A stretch of 35,731 bases of DNA from Betaproteobacteria bacterium (lineage in GTDB: Bacteria; Pseudomonadota; Gammaproteobacteria; Burkholderiales; JACQAP01). A program made the position numbers and the translations under genes. Every line of letters begins with the position of its first letter. Position 1 is the stretch's first letter. Positions 9,850 through 18,741 of the stretch are shown one piece after another. Location of the stretch: positions 1-35,731 of the forward strand of contig JANXPQ010000002.1 of the NCBI GenBank assembly GCA_025357235.1, given 5' to 3'. The notes below the pieces were generated by a model. The model ran no database searches and was not told the DNA's origin. It saw only the letters and a list, made by a program, of their open reading frames with translations.

Positions 9850-12195
9850 ATGCCCGAACTCGTCCACATCTCGGTAGCCGGCCAGCCGTTGCCGCACGAA
9901 GGCGCGCCCTTGCATGTCAGCGGCGCGGCGAACTACACCGACGACATTCCGCTGCCGGACAACGCGCTGCATGTCGCGCTCGGCATGAGCACGATCACCC
10001 ACGGACGCATCAAGTCGATGGACCTTGCAGCAGTCGCCTCTGCGCCCGGCGTGGTGGCCATAGCCACCGCGTCCGATGTGCCCGGTTCCAACCTGATCGG
10101 TCCGGTGTTGCACGACGACCCGATTTTCGCCGAGTCGCTGGTGGAATTCGCCGGCCAGTCGCTGTTCGGGGTCGCGGCGACTTCGTACGGCGCCGCGCGC
10201 CGTGCGGCAAAGCTCGCACGCATCGAGTACGAAGAACTGCCGGCGATCCTCGACGTGCGCAGCGCGCTCGCGGCGAAAAGTTTCGTCGTGCCCACGCAGA
10301 CCCTGCGCCGCGGCGATCCCGAAGCGGCCATCGGCCACGCACCGCACAAGCTGAAAGGCAGCCTGGAACTCGGCGGCCAGGAACACTTCTATCTGGAAGG
10401 CCAGGTGGCGGTAGCGGTGCCGCAGGAAGACGGCGGCATGCTGATCTACAGCTCGACGCAGCACCCGACCGAGGTGCAGCACATGGTCGCGCTGGCACTG
10501 GGCAAGAAATCGCACGAGATCGTCGTGCAGTGCCGGCGCATGGGCGGTGGCTTCGGCGGCAAGGAAAGCCAGCCGGGACAATATGCCTGCGCCGCCGCGG
10601 TGATCGCCGCCCGCACGCGCCGTCCGGTGAAGCTGCGCCTCGATCGCGATGCCGACATGATCATGACCGGCAAGCGCCATGATTGCCTGATCGAGTATGA
10701 AGCGGGCTTTGATGACAACGGCCGTATCACCGGCGTAAAAATCATGCTCGCCTCGCGCTGCGGTTTTTCCGCGGATCTTTCGGGGCCGGTCAACGACCGC
10801 GCCATCTGCCATGTCGACAACTGCTATTTCCTCGAGCATGTCGAAATCGTTTCGCACCGCTGCAAGACCAACACGGTGTCGAATACCGCGTTCCGCGGCT
10901 TCGGCGGCCCGCAAGGCATGGTGGCGATCGAGGCGGTAATGGACGACATCGCGCGCAAGCTGCGCCGTGATCCGCTGGACGTGCGCCGCGCCAATTTCTA
11001 CGGAACCACCGATCGCAACATCACGCCTTACGGCATGGTGGTGGAGGACAACATCATCCCGCGCATCGCCGACGAACTCGAGGCGAGCAGCGATTACCGC
11101 GAACGCCGCCGGCGCATCCAGGAGTTCAATGCCGAAAGCCCGGTCCTGCGGCGCGGCATCGCGCTCACGCCGGTCAAGTTCGGCATTTCGTTCAACGCCA
11201 CGATCTACAACCAGGCCGGCGCGCTGGTGCACATCTACACCGACGGCAGCGTGATGGTGAATCACGGTGGCACCGAGATGGGACAGGGGCTGTACACCAA
11301 GGTCGCCCAGGTGGTCGCGAGCGAATTGCAGATCGACATTTCCCAGGTCCGCACCAGCAGCACCGATACCAGCAAGGTGCCGAACACGTCCGCCACCGCC
11401 GCTTCATCCGGTGCCGACCTGAACGGCAAGGCGGCGCAGGCGGCCTGCCAGACGCTGAAAGGCCGGCTGGCTGCGCTCGCCGCGGAGAAATTCGCAGTGC
11501 CAGCCGACACCGTGCGTTTCGCCGCCGGCAAGATCCTCGCCGGCAGTCACGTCATCGAATTCGGCGCACTGGTGCGCGAGGCGTACGCGGCACGCATCTC
11601 GCTGTCTTCCACCGGTTACTATAAGACACCGAAGATCCACTGGGACAAAAAAACGCTCACTGGGCGGCCCTTCTTTTATTTTGCCTATGGCGCCGCGGTA
11701 TCCGAGGTCGCCATCGACCTGCTCACTGGCGAGACCAGGCTGCTGAGGGTGGATATCCTGCACGACGTCGGCCGCTCGCTGAACCCGGCGCTCGACATCG
11801 GCCAGGTCGAAGGCGGCTTCGTGCAGGGCATGGGCTGGCTGACCTCGGAAGAACTCGTGTGGGACGCGCGCGGGCAGTTCAGGACGCACGCGCCTTCAAC
11901 TTACAAGATTCCCACGGCGGCGGACTGGCCGAAAAAATTCAACGTTCATTTGCTGGCGGACGCACCGAACCGCGAAGACACCATTTTTCGTTCCAAGGCA
12001 GTCGGCGAGCCGCCGCTGATGCTGGCGATCTCGGTACTGCATGCGATCCGCGACGCCTGCGCGAGCAGCGAGTCAGGCGCGATGCCGGCGCTGGTGGCAC
12101 CCGCCACGCCCGAATCCATCCTGCGCGCCCTTGCATCGCTGACGATTGCCCCCGCCCCGCAACCCGTTGCGGCCCTGGCAGGAGCCCGCGCATGA
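9850..12195 (+). CDS. xdhB: Xanthine dehydrogenase molybdopterin-binding subunit
   Basis: QEHFYLEG, RMGGGFGGKES, TAFRGFGGPQG, HGGTEMGQGL, TAASSG, SKAVGEPPL. Confidence 0.96.
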   Translation: MPELVHISVAGQPLPHEGAPLHVSGAANYTDDIPLPDNALHVALGMSTITHGRIKSMDLAAVASAPGVVAIATASDVPGSNLIGPVLHDDPIFAESLVEFAGQSLFGVAATSYGAARRAAKLARIEYEELPAILDVRSALAAKSFVVPTQTLRRGDPEAAIGHAPHKLKGSLELGGQEHFYLEGQVAVAVPQEDGGMLIYSSTQHPTEVQHMVALALGKKSHEIVVQCRRMGGGFGGKESQPGQYACAAAVIAARTRRPVKLRLDRDADMIMTGKRHDCLIEYEAGFDDNGRITGVKIMLASRCGFSADLSGPVNDRAICHVDNCYFLEHVEIVSHRCKTNTVSNTAFRGFGGPQGMVAIEAVMDDIARKLRRDPLDVRRANFYGTTDRNITPYGMVVEDNIIPRIADELEASSDYRERRRRIQEFNAESPVLRRGIALTPVKFGISFNATIYNQAGALVHIYTDGSVMVNHGGTEMGQGLYTKVAQVVASELQIDISQVRTSSTDTSKVPNTSATAASSGADLNGKAAQAACQTLKGRLAALAAEKFAVPADTVRFAAGKILAGSHVIEFGALVREAYAARISLSSTGYYKTPKIHWDKKTLTGRPFFYFAYGAAVSEVAIDLLTGETRLLRVDILHDVGRSLNPALDIGQVEGGFVQGMGWLTSEELVWDARGQFRTHAPSTYKIPTAADWPKKFNVHLLADAPNREDTIFRSKAVGEPPLMLAISVLHAIRDACASSESGAMPALVAPATPESILRALASLTIAPAPQPVAALAGARA

Positions 12196-13757
12196 ACGAC
12201 AGGCTTGTCACGCCGCGATTGCAGTTGCGCGGCATCACCAAAAGTTATCCGGCGGTGGTCGCCAACAACAATGTCGACCTCGAAGTCCGACCGGGCGAAA
12301 TCCATGCGGTGCTGGGCGAGAACGGCGCGGGCAAAAGCACGCTGATGAAAATCATCTACGGCGTCACTCGCCCCGATTCCGGCGAAGTGCTGTGGGAAGG
12401 CCGGCCGGTACAGATCGCCAGTCCCGCCGAGGCGCGCAGGCTCGGCATCGGCATGGTGTTCCAGCATTTCGCGCTGTTCGAAACCCTGACGGTGGCCGAA
12501 AACATTTCGCTGGCACTCGACGAGCGCATCAAGCCGGCGAAGCTGGCGCCGCGCATCCACGAAGTCTCGGAAAACTACGGCCTGCCGATCGATCCGGACC
12601 GGCTGGTGCACAGCATGTCGGTGGGCGAGCGCCAGCGCGTCGAGATCGTGCGCTGCCTGCTGCAGAATCCGAAACTGCTGATCATGGACGAGCCGACCTC
12701 CGTGCTGACGCCGCAGGCGGTGCTGAAATTGTTCGAAACCCTGCGCCGGCTCGCGGCCGAGAGCTGCTCCATACTGTATATCAGCCACAAGCGCGACGAA
12801 ATCCAGGCCCTGTGCGACAGCGCGACGGTGTTGCGCGGCGGCCGCGTAACCGGCACCGCCCGGCCGAAACAGGAAACAGCAGAGAGCCTCGCCAAAATGA
12901 TGATCGGGTCCGACCTGCCTGAATGCCGGCTGCAGCCGCACGAACCCGGCGAGGTGCTGCTGCGCATCGACCGGCTTACGCTGAAGACGCTCGATCCGTT
13001 CGGCATCAACCTGCGCGCGATCAGCCTTGCGGTGCGCAGCGGCGAAATCGTCGGCATTGCCGGTGTGTCCGGCAACGGCCAGAAGGAATTGCTCGCGGCC
13101 TTGTCCGGCGAAATGCCATCGGGAAAACCGGAATCGATCATGCTCGGCGAGACCGCGGCGGGCCATCTCGATCCCGCGCAGCGGCGCGCGATCGGCTTCG
13201 GCTTCGTGCCGGAGGAACGCCTCGGACGTGGCGCGGTGCCGGCGCTGAGCCTGGCCGAAAACGCGCTGCTCACCGGCAGCCACTGCAAAATAGTCAACGG
13301 CAGCATGGTCGAGCACGGCCTGATCCGCCACAAGGTCGTGCGCGGTTTCGCGCGCGACGTGATCAGCCGCTTCAAGGTGAAAAGCCGCAACGAACAGGCG
13401 GCCGCGTCGAGCCTGTCCGGCGGCAACCTGCAGAAATTCATCGTCGGCCGCGAAACCATGCTCGATCCGAAAGTCATCGTCGTCGCGCAACCGACCTGGG
13501 GCGTGGACGTCGGCGCCTCCATGCTGATCCGCCAGTCGCTGATCGATCTGCGCGACCGTGGCGTCGCCGTGCTGGTGATCTCCGAAGAGCTGGACGAGTT
13601 GTTCATGATCTGCGACCGGCTGGCGGTGATCGCCGAAGGCCGGCTGTCGCCACCGGTGCCCTCCGCCGGAACCAGCGTCGAAAAAATCGGTGCCTGGATG
13701 GGCGGCCAGTTCGCCGATGCCGAGTCCGACAAATCCGTGGAAGCCGCCCATGCTTGA
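12192..13757 (+). CDS. ABC transporter ATP-binding protein, two-NBD nucleoside/CUT2 type
   Basis: Walker A GENGAGKS, DEPT, second-domain LSGGNLQK and QPTWGVD; ATGA overlap with xdhB. Confidence 0.93.
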   Translation: MNDRLVTPRLQLRGITKSYPAVVANNNVDLEVRPGEIHAVLGENGAGKSTLMKIIYGVTRPDSGEVLWEGRPVQIASPAEARRLGIGMVFQHFALFETLTVAENISLALDERIKPAKLAPRIHEVSENYGLPIDPDRLVHSMSVGERQRVEIVRCLLQNPKLLIMDEPTSVLTPQAVLKLFETLRRLAAESCSILYISHKRDEIQALCDSATVLRGGRVTGTARPKQETAESLAKMMIGSDLPECRLQPHEPGEVLLRIDRLTLKTLDPFGINLRAISLAVRSGEIVGIAGVSGNGQKELLAALSGEMPSGKPESIMLGETAAGHLDPAQRRAIGFGFVPEERLGRGAVPALSLAENALLTGSHCKIVNGSMVEHGLIRHKVVRGFARDVISRFKVKSRNEQAAASSLSGGNLQKFIVGRETMLDPKVIVVAQPTWGVDVGASMLIRQSLIDLRDRGVAVLVISEELDELFMICDRLAVIAEGRLSPPVPSAGTSVEKIGAWMGGQFADAESDKSVEAAHA

Positions 13758-14859
13758 ACTCGAGCCGCGGCCGGAACCTTCGCGCGTCATGGCCTACGCG
13801 TCGCCGCTGCTGGCGGTGGTGCTGACGCTCGTCTCCGGCTATCTGTTGTTCTCGCTGCTCGGCAAGGATCCGGCACAGGCTTTCGTCGTATTCTTCATCA
13901 AGCCGGCGTCGACGCTCTATGGCCTGGGTGAGCTCTGCCTGAAAGCCACGCCGCTGATGCTGTGCGCGCTCGGGCTCGCGCTCGGTTTTCGCGCCAATGT
14001 ATGGAACATCGGCGCCGAGGGCCAGCTCACGCTCGGCGCCATCGCCGGCGGCGGCGTGGCGTTGTGGCTGCACGACGTGCAAAGCGCATGGGTGCTGCTG
14101 CCGCTGATGCTGATCGCCGGCGCACTCGGCGGCATGGCATGGGCGGCGATCCCGGCGTTCCTGCGCACCCGCTTCAACACCAACGAAATCCTGGTCAGCC
14201 TGATGCTGGTCTACGTCGCCAAGCTGCTGCTGTCGTGGCTGGTGCACGGACCGTGGCGGGATCCGCAGGGTTATAACTTTCCGCAATCACCGATGTTCCA
14301 CGAGGCGGCCTTGCTGCCGCTGCTCGTCGAAGGCGTGCGCACCAACATCGCCTTCCTCATCGCGTTGGTGCTTGCCGCGGTCTCGTGGGTGTTCGCCGAG
14401 AAAACCTTTGCCGGTTTCCGTTTCAAGGTGGCCGGCCTCGCTCCCGCGGCGGCGTCTTATGCGGGATTCAGCGAGAAGCGCAATGTCTGGCTGGCGCTGA
14501 TGATCGGCGGCGGTGCCGCCGGACTGGCGGGCATCGCCGAAGTCGCCGGCCCGATCGGCCAGTTGCAGCCGTCGATTTCACCGGGTTACGGCTTCGCCGC
14601 GATCATCGTCGCCTTCGTCGGGCGCCTGCATCCATTCGGCGTGGTGCTCGCCAGCCTGCTGATGTCGCTGCTCTACATCGGCGGCGAAACGGCGCAGATT
14701 CAGATGGCCCTGCCCGCGGCGATCACCGGCGTGTTCCAGGGCATGCTGCTGTTCTATCTCCTGGCGGCGGATCTGTTCATCAACTTCCGCCTGCGCTGGA
14801 AGACACGGCCTCACGGTTCGGCCGCGGCCATCCCGGTCGCATCGAAAGAAGCGGCATGA
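13750..14859 (+). CDS. ABC transporter permease (purine/nucleoside)
   Basis: WNIGAEGQ, NEILVSLML, GYGFAAIIVAFVGRLHP; multi-TM. Confidence 0.92.
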   Translation: MLELEPRPEPSRVMAYASPLLAVVLTLVSGYLLFSLLGKDPAQAFVVFFIKPASTLYGLGELCLKATPLMLCALGLALGFRANVWNIGAEGQLTLGAIAGGGVALWLHDVQSAWVLLPLMLIAGALGGMAWAAIPAFLRTRFNTNEILVSLMLVYVAKLLLSWLVHGPWRDPQGYNFPQSPMFHEAALLPLLVEGVRTNIAFLIALVLAAVSWVFAEKTFAGFRFKVAGLAPAAASYAGFSEKRNVWLALMIGGGAAGLAGIAEVAGPIGQLQPSISPGYGFAAIIVAFVGRLHPFGVVLASLLMSLLYIGGETAQIQMALPAAITGVFQGMLLFYLLAADLFINFRLRWKTRPHGSAAAIPVASKEAA

Positions 14860-15782
14860 ACGCGGAGCAACTGATCCCGATCCTGGCGAGCACGGTCGGC
14901 GCGGCCACGCCGCTGGTGTATGCGAGCCTGGGCGAGCTGATCGTGGAACGTGCCGGCGTCCTCAACCTCGGCGTCGAGGGCATGATGCTGGGCGGCGCGA
15001 TTGCCGGCTTCGCGGTCACCAGCCAGACCGGCAGCCTCACGCTCGGCTTTGCCGCCGGCATGCTGGCCGGCATGGCGCTGGCGCTGCTGTTCGGTTTTCT
15101 CACACTGACCTTGCAGACCAACCAGGTCGCCACCGGGCTCGCGCTGACCCTGTTCGGCGTCGGCCTGTCGGCTTTCGCCGGCCGCAGTTTCGTCGGCACC
15201 GTGGTCGACGGACTCAAAGGCATCTCGATTCCGTGGCTCAGCGATATTCCGCTGATCGGGCCGCTGCTGTTCCGCTTCGACGTGCTGGTCTACGCGTCGC
15301 TGGCTCTGTTCATCGCCATGCAATGGTTCCTGAACCGCACGCGCGCCGGCCTGCTGGTGCGCGCCGTCGGCGAATCGCCGCAATCGGCGCACGCGATCGG
15401 TTATCCGGTCATTCTCATCCGCTATCTCGCGGTGCTGTTCGGCGGCGCCATGAGCGGACTGGCGGGCGCCTATCTGTCGCAGGCGATCACGCCGATGTGG
15501 GTCGAAGGCATGACCGCGGGGCGCGGCTGGATCGCGTTGGCACTGGTGGTGTTCGCCACCTGGAAACCGTGGCGCGTGGTGCTCGGCGCCTACCTGTTCG
15601 GCGGCGTCACCATCCTGCAACTGCATGCACAGGGATTCGGTGTCGCCATTCCGTCCGAGTTCCTGTCGATGCTGCCCTACATCGCTACCATCGTCGTGCT
15701 GGTGATCATCTGCCGCGACCCGAAGACCATCCTGCTCAACCAGCCGGTTTCCCTCGGCCAGCGCTTCCATCCCGACGCATAG
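14856..15782 (+). CDS. ABC transporter permease (purine/nucleoside)
   Basis: ERAGVLNLGVEGMML, RAVGESP, GRGWIALALVVF, MLPY. Confidence 0.92.
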   Translation: MNAEQLIPILASTVGAATPLVYASLGELIVERAGVLNLGVEGMMLGGAIAGFAVTSQTGSLTLGFAAGMLAGMALALLFGFLTLTLQTNQVATGLALTLFGVGLSAFAGRSFVGTVVDGLKGISIPWLSDIPLIGPLLFRFDVLVYASLALFIAMQWFLNRTRAGLLVRAVGESPQSAHAIGYPVILIRYLAVLFGGAMSGLAGAYLSQAITPMWVEGMTAGRGWIALALVVFATWKPWRVVLGAYLFGGVTILQLHAQGFGVAIPSEFLSMLPYIATIVVLVIICRDPKTILLNQPVSLGQRFHPDA

Positions 15783-15798
15783 AAGGTCAAAAGCGTTA

Positions 15799-15928
15799 GA
15801 CACAGAGGACACAGAGAGAAGCGAGAGGACACAGAGGAAAATGCAGCGAAGGACTGAGGGATGTAGTCAGCGCGAGGCACTGGTGTTCTTCCGTCACGAT
15901 CGTCACGCGTCACGCCGTCACGACTACA
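15799..15928. repeat. Intergenic repeat composite: GACACAGAG units plus CGTCACG x4
   Basis: GACACAGAG three times within 15799-15837; CGTCACG at 15892, 15901, 15908 and 15916; TGTAGTC/GACTACA inverted pair (15862/15922). Confidence 0.7.
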
Positions 15929-15971
15929 CGGCCTATCAGGTTCACCGCACTCCGACTCCATCGAAAACGTA

Positions 15972-17171
15972 ATGGAAGCCTACATCCTCAACTGGCTGAA
16001 CCTGCTGGTGCGCTGGTTCCACTTGATCACCGGCATTGCCTGGATCGGCGCATCGTTCTATTTCGTGTGGCTCGACAATCACCTGCTCGCGCCGAAGGAC
16101 AAATCCGCGGCCGACAAGGGCGTGTCGGGCGAGTTGTGGGCGGTGCACGGCGGCGGGTTCTACAACGGGCAAAAATACAGGGTGGCACCGGCCACGCTGC
16201 CGGAACCTTTGCACTGGTTCAAGTGGGAGGCCTACACCACTTTCATTTCCGGTTTCTTCCTGCTCTGCCTGATGTACTACGTCAGCGCCGAGGTCTATCT
16301 GATCGATCGCAATGTCGCCGACATCGGCAAGGCCGCCGCCATCGCGATCGGCATCGGCACGCTCGTTGGCGGCTGGATCGTCTACGACCTGCTGTGCAAG
16401 TCGCCGCTCGGGAAAAACGACAAGGCGCTGGGCGGCGTGCTGTTCGTGCTCACTGTCGCCGCCGCCTGGGGGTTATGCCAGGTGTTCAGCGGCCGCGGCG
16501 CCTACATCCATTTCGGCGGCATGCTCGGCACCATCATGGTCGCCAACGTGTACTTCGTCATCATTCCCGGGCAGAAGGAACTGGTGCGCGCCAAGGTCGA
16601 AGGGCGCGAGCCCGATCCGATCCATGGCGTGCGCGGCAAGCAGCGCTCGGTGCACAACACCTACTTCACGCTGCCGGTGCTGTTCACCATGATCAGCAGC
16701 CACTATGCGATGACGTACGGCAATGCGCATAACTGGCTGGTCCTCGCGGGAATCGCCTTTGCCGGTGCGGCCATCCGCGTCTACTTCGTCGCCCGCCACA
16801 AGGGCCGCGCGTCGCCTTTGCCGGCGATCGCCGGCGTAGCCGCACTTGCGGTCGTCGCCTTTGCGATCGCGCCCGCATCCCGAAGCACCGTGACGTCAAC
16901 AGCAACACCAGCGGAAGAATTCGCACACGTCAGCACGATCGTGCAGGCGCGCTGCGCGGTCTGCCACGCACCGTCGCCGACCCAGCCCGGCTTCGCGGCC
17001 GCGCCGAAAGGGGTCATGCTGGATACGCCCGATCGCATCGCCGCGCAGGCCACCCAGATCAATCAGCAGGTGTCGAGCCGCGTGATGCCGCTCGCCAATC
17101 TGACCGGCATGACCGATGCGGAACGCGAGACCATCACACAATGGTTCGCGCATGGCGCATTGACCAAATGA
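15972..17171 (+). CDS. puuD: Membrane urate-oxidation protein with C-terminal cytochrome c
   Basis: RWFHLITGIAWIGASFYFVWLD, WAVHGGGFY, LHWFKWEAY, RSVHNTYFTLPV, heme motif CAVCH, MPLANLTGMT. Confidence 0.92.
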   Translation: MEAYILNWLNLLVRWFHLITGIAWIGASFYFVWLDNHLLAPKDKSAADKGVSGELWAVHGGGFYNGQKYRVAPATLPEPLHWFKWEAYTTFISGFFLLCLMYYVSAEVYLIDRNVADIGKAAAIAIGIGTLVGGWIVYDLLCKSPLGKNDKALGGVLFVLTVAAAWGLCQVFSGRGAYIHFGGMLGTIMVANVYFVIIPGQKELVRAKVEGREPDPIHGVRGKQRSVHNTYFTLPVLFTMISSHYAMTYGNAHNWLVLAGIAFAGAAIRVYFVARHKGRASPLPAIAGVAALAVVAFAIAPASRSTVTSTATPAEEFAHVSTIVQARCAVCHAPSPTQPGFAAAPKGVMLDTPDRIAAQATQINQQVSSRVMPLANLTGMTDAERETITQWFAHGALTK

Positions 17172-18490
17172 ATGCACGCATGCCGTCACTGCGCGCCTAC
17201 CGCGGTTCGCTGCTGCATTTTCTCGGCGATCCGGGCGACGGCAATGAAGCGTCCGCCGTGCAGTATTTCGACGACGGCCTGCTGGTCGTGGAAAGCGGAT
17301 TGGTAAAGGCGGCGGGCGAAGCCCGCTTGCTGCTGCCGACTTTACCCGCGGGCCTGCAGGTCGTGGATTACTCCGGCCGGCTGCTGATGCCGGGTTTCAT
17401 CGATACCCACATCCACTATCCGCAGACCGACATGATCGCGGCCTATGCCGCGCAGTTGCTCGACTGGCTCGACGACCACGCGTTTCCGGCCGAGCGCCGC
17501 TTCGCCGATGCGGAGCACGCGGCGCAATGCTCCCGTTTCTTTCTCGACGAACTGATGCGCAACGGCACGACCACGGCGCTGGTGTTCGGCACCGTGCATC
17601 CGTGCTCGGTCGACGCCTTCTTCGCCGAAGCCGAGGCGCGCAACCTGCGCATGATCGCAGGCAAGGTGCTGATGGACCGCAACTGCCCCGAGTACCTGCG
17701 CGACACCGCGGAAAGCGGCTATCGGGATTCGGCGGCGCTGATCGAAAAGTGGGATGGGCGCGGCCGGCTGCATTACGCCATCACGCCGCGCTTCGCCGTC
17801 ACTTCGTCGGACGCGCAGCTCGAATCGGCCGGCCGCCTCGCCGCCGAGCATCCCGGCGTCTTCGTCCACAGCCACGTCGCGGAGAATCTCGACGAAGTGA
17901 AGTGGGCGCGAGAACTGTTTCCCCAGGCGCGCAGCTACCTGGACGTCTACGAGCGCTTCGGCCTGCTGCGCGAGCGCGCCGTGTACGCGCACTGCATCCA
18001 TCTCGACGACGAGGATCGGCGGCGCATGGCGCACACCGGCGCCGCCGCCGCCGTGTGCGCGACTTCGAACCTGTTCCTCGGCAGCGGCCTGTTCGATTTC
18101 GCGGCGGCGCGGCACGCCGGCATGCGCACCGGGCTCGGCACCGACGTCGGCGGCGGCACCAGCTTCAGCATGCTGCGCACGCTCGCCGAAACCTACAAGG
18201 TCGCGCAGATGGGCGGACACCGGCTCACGCCTTGGCGCAGCTTCTATCTCGCCACCCTTGGCGGCGCCATGGCGCTGGGTCTGGATGACCGCATCGGCAG
18301 CTTCGCCCCCGGGCGCGAAGCCGACTTCATCGTCCTGCGCATGGATTCCACGCCCCTGATCGCGCGGCGCATGAAGACCGCCCCCACGCCTGCGGAAAAA
18401 CTCTTCGCCTTGATGATGCTCGGCGACGATCGCGAAATCGGCGCAACTTACATCATGGGCGAGCGCGTCTGGAACACCCTGCCGGCTTGA
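17168..18490 (+). CDS. guaD: Guanine deaminase
   Basis: PGFIDTHIHYPQ, NGTTTA, YAITPRFA, HSHVAEN, SNLFLGSG, GTDVGGG; ATGA overlap with puuD. Confidence 0.96.
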   Translation: MNARMPSLRAYRGSLLHFLGDPGDGNEASAVQYFDDGLLVVESGLVKAAGEARLLLPTLPAGLQVVDYSGRLLMPGFIDTHIHYPQTDMIAAYAAQLLDWLDDHAFPAERRFADAEHAAQCSRFFLDELMRNGTTTALVFGTVHPCSVDAFFAEAEARNLRMIAGKVLMDRNCPEYLRDTAESGYRDSAALIEKWDGRGRLHYAITPRFAVTSSDAQLESAGRLAAEHPGVFVHSHVAENLDEVKWARELFPQARSYLDVYERFGLLRERAVYAHCIHLDDEDRRRMAHTGAAAAVCATSNLFLGSGLFDFAAARHAGMRTGLGTDVGGGTSFSMLRTLAETYKVAQMGGHRLTPWRSFYLATLGGAMALGLDDRIGSFAPGREADFIVLRMDSTPLIARRMKTAPTPAEKLFALMMLGDDREIGATYIMGERVWNTLPA

Positions 18491-18498
18491 AATTCGTC

Positions 18499-18670
18499 GA
18501 CGCAAAGGACGCAAAGGAAGGGCAAGAAAGGACGCAAAGGAAACCAAGATCAAGAGAATTGAAAGTAAATGCCCGACATTCCGCGCCAGAACGGATATTG
18601 CCGAGCATGGTCAGCGAGCCACGGAATACTTTCCTCTCCTTTCTTTTGGTTTCCTTTGCGCCTTTGCGTT
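18499..18670. repeat. CGCAAAGG-type inverted-repeat element
   Basis: GACGCAAAGG x3 in the left arm; perfect 15-bp IR CGCAAAGGAAACCAA (18533-18547) / TTGGTTTCCTTTGCG (18646-18660), followed by CCTTTGCG. Confidence 0.75.
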
Positions 18671-18741
18671 GAGAAGTTGCTGTTTGGCATTCCCCCCTAC
18701 CCTCCGCGTTGGCTTTCTGCGTGGTCGCATACAATGGCGGG

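Noticed and set aside
12781-12800. ISHKRDE instead of the usual ISHKLDE in the ABC ATPase H-loop
   Set aside because: The catalytic His is intact; a single substitution or sequencing error, with no evidence of functional change.
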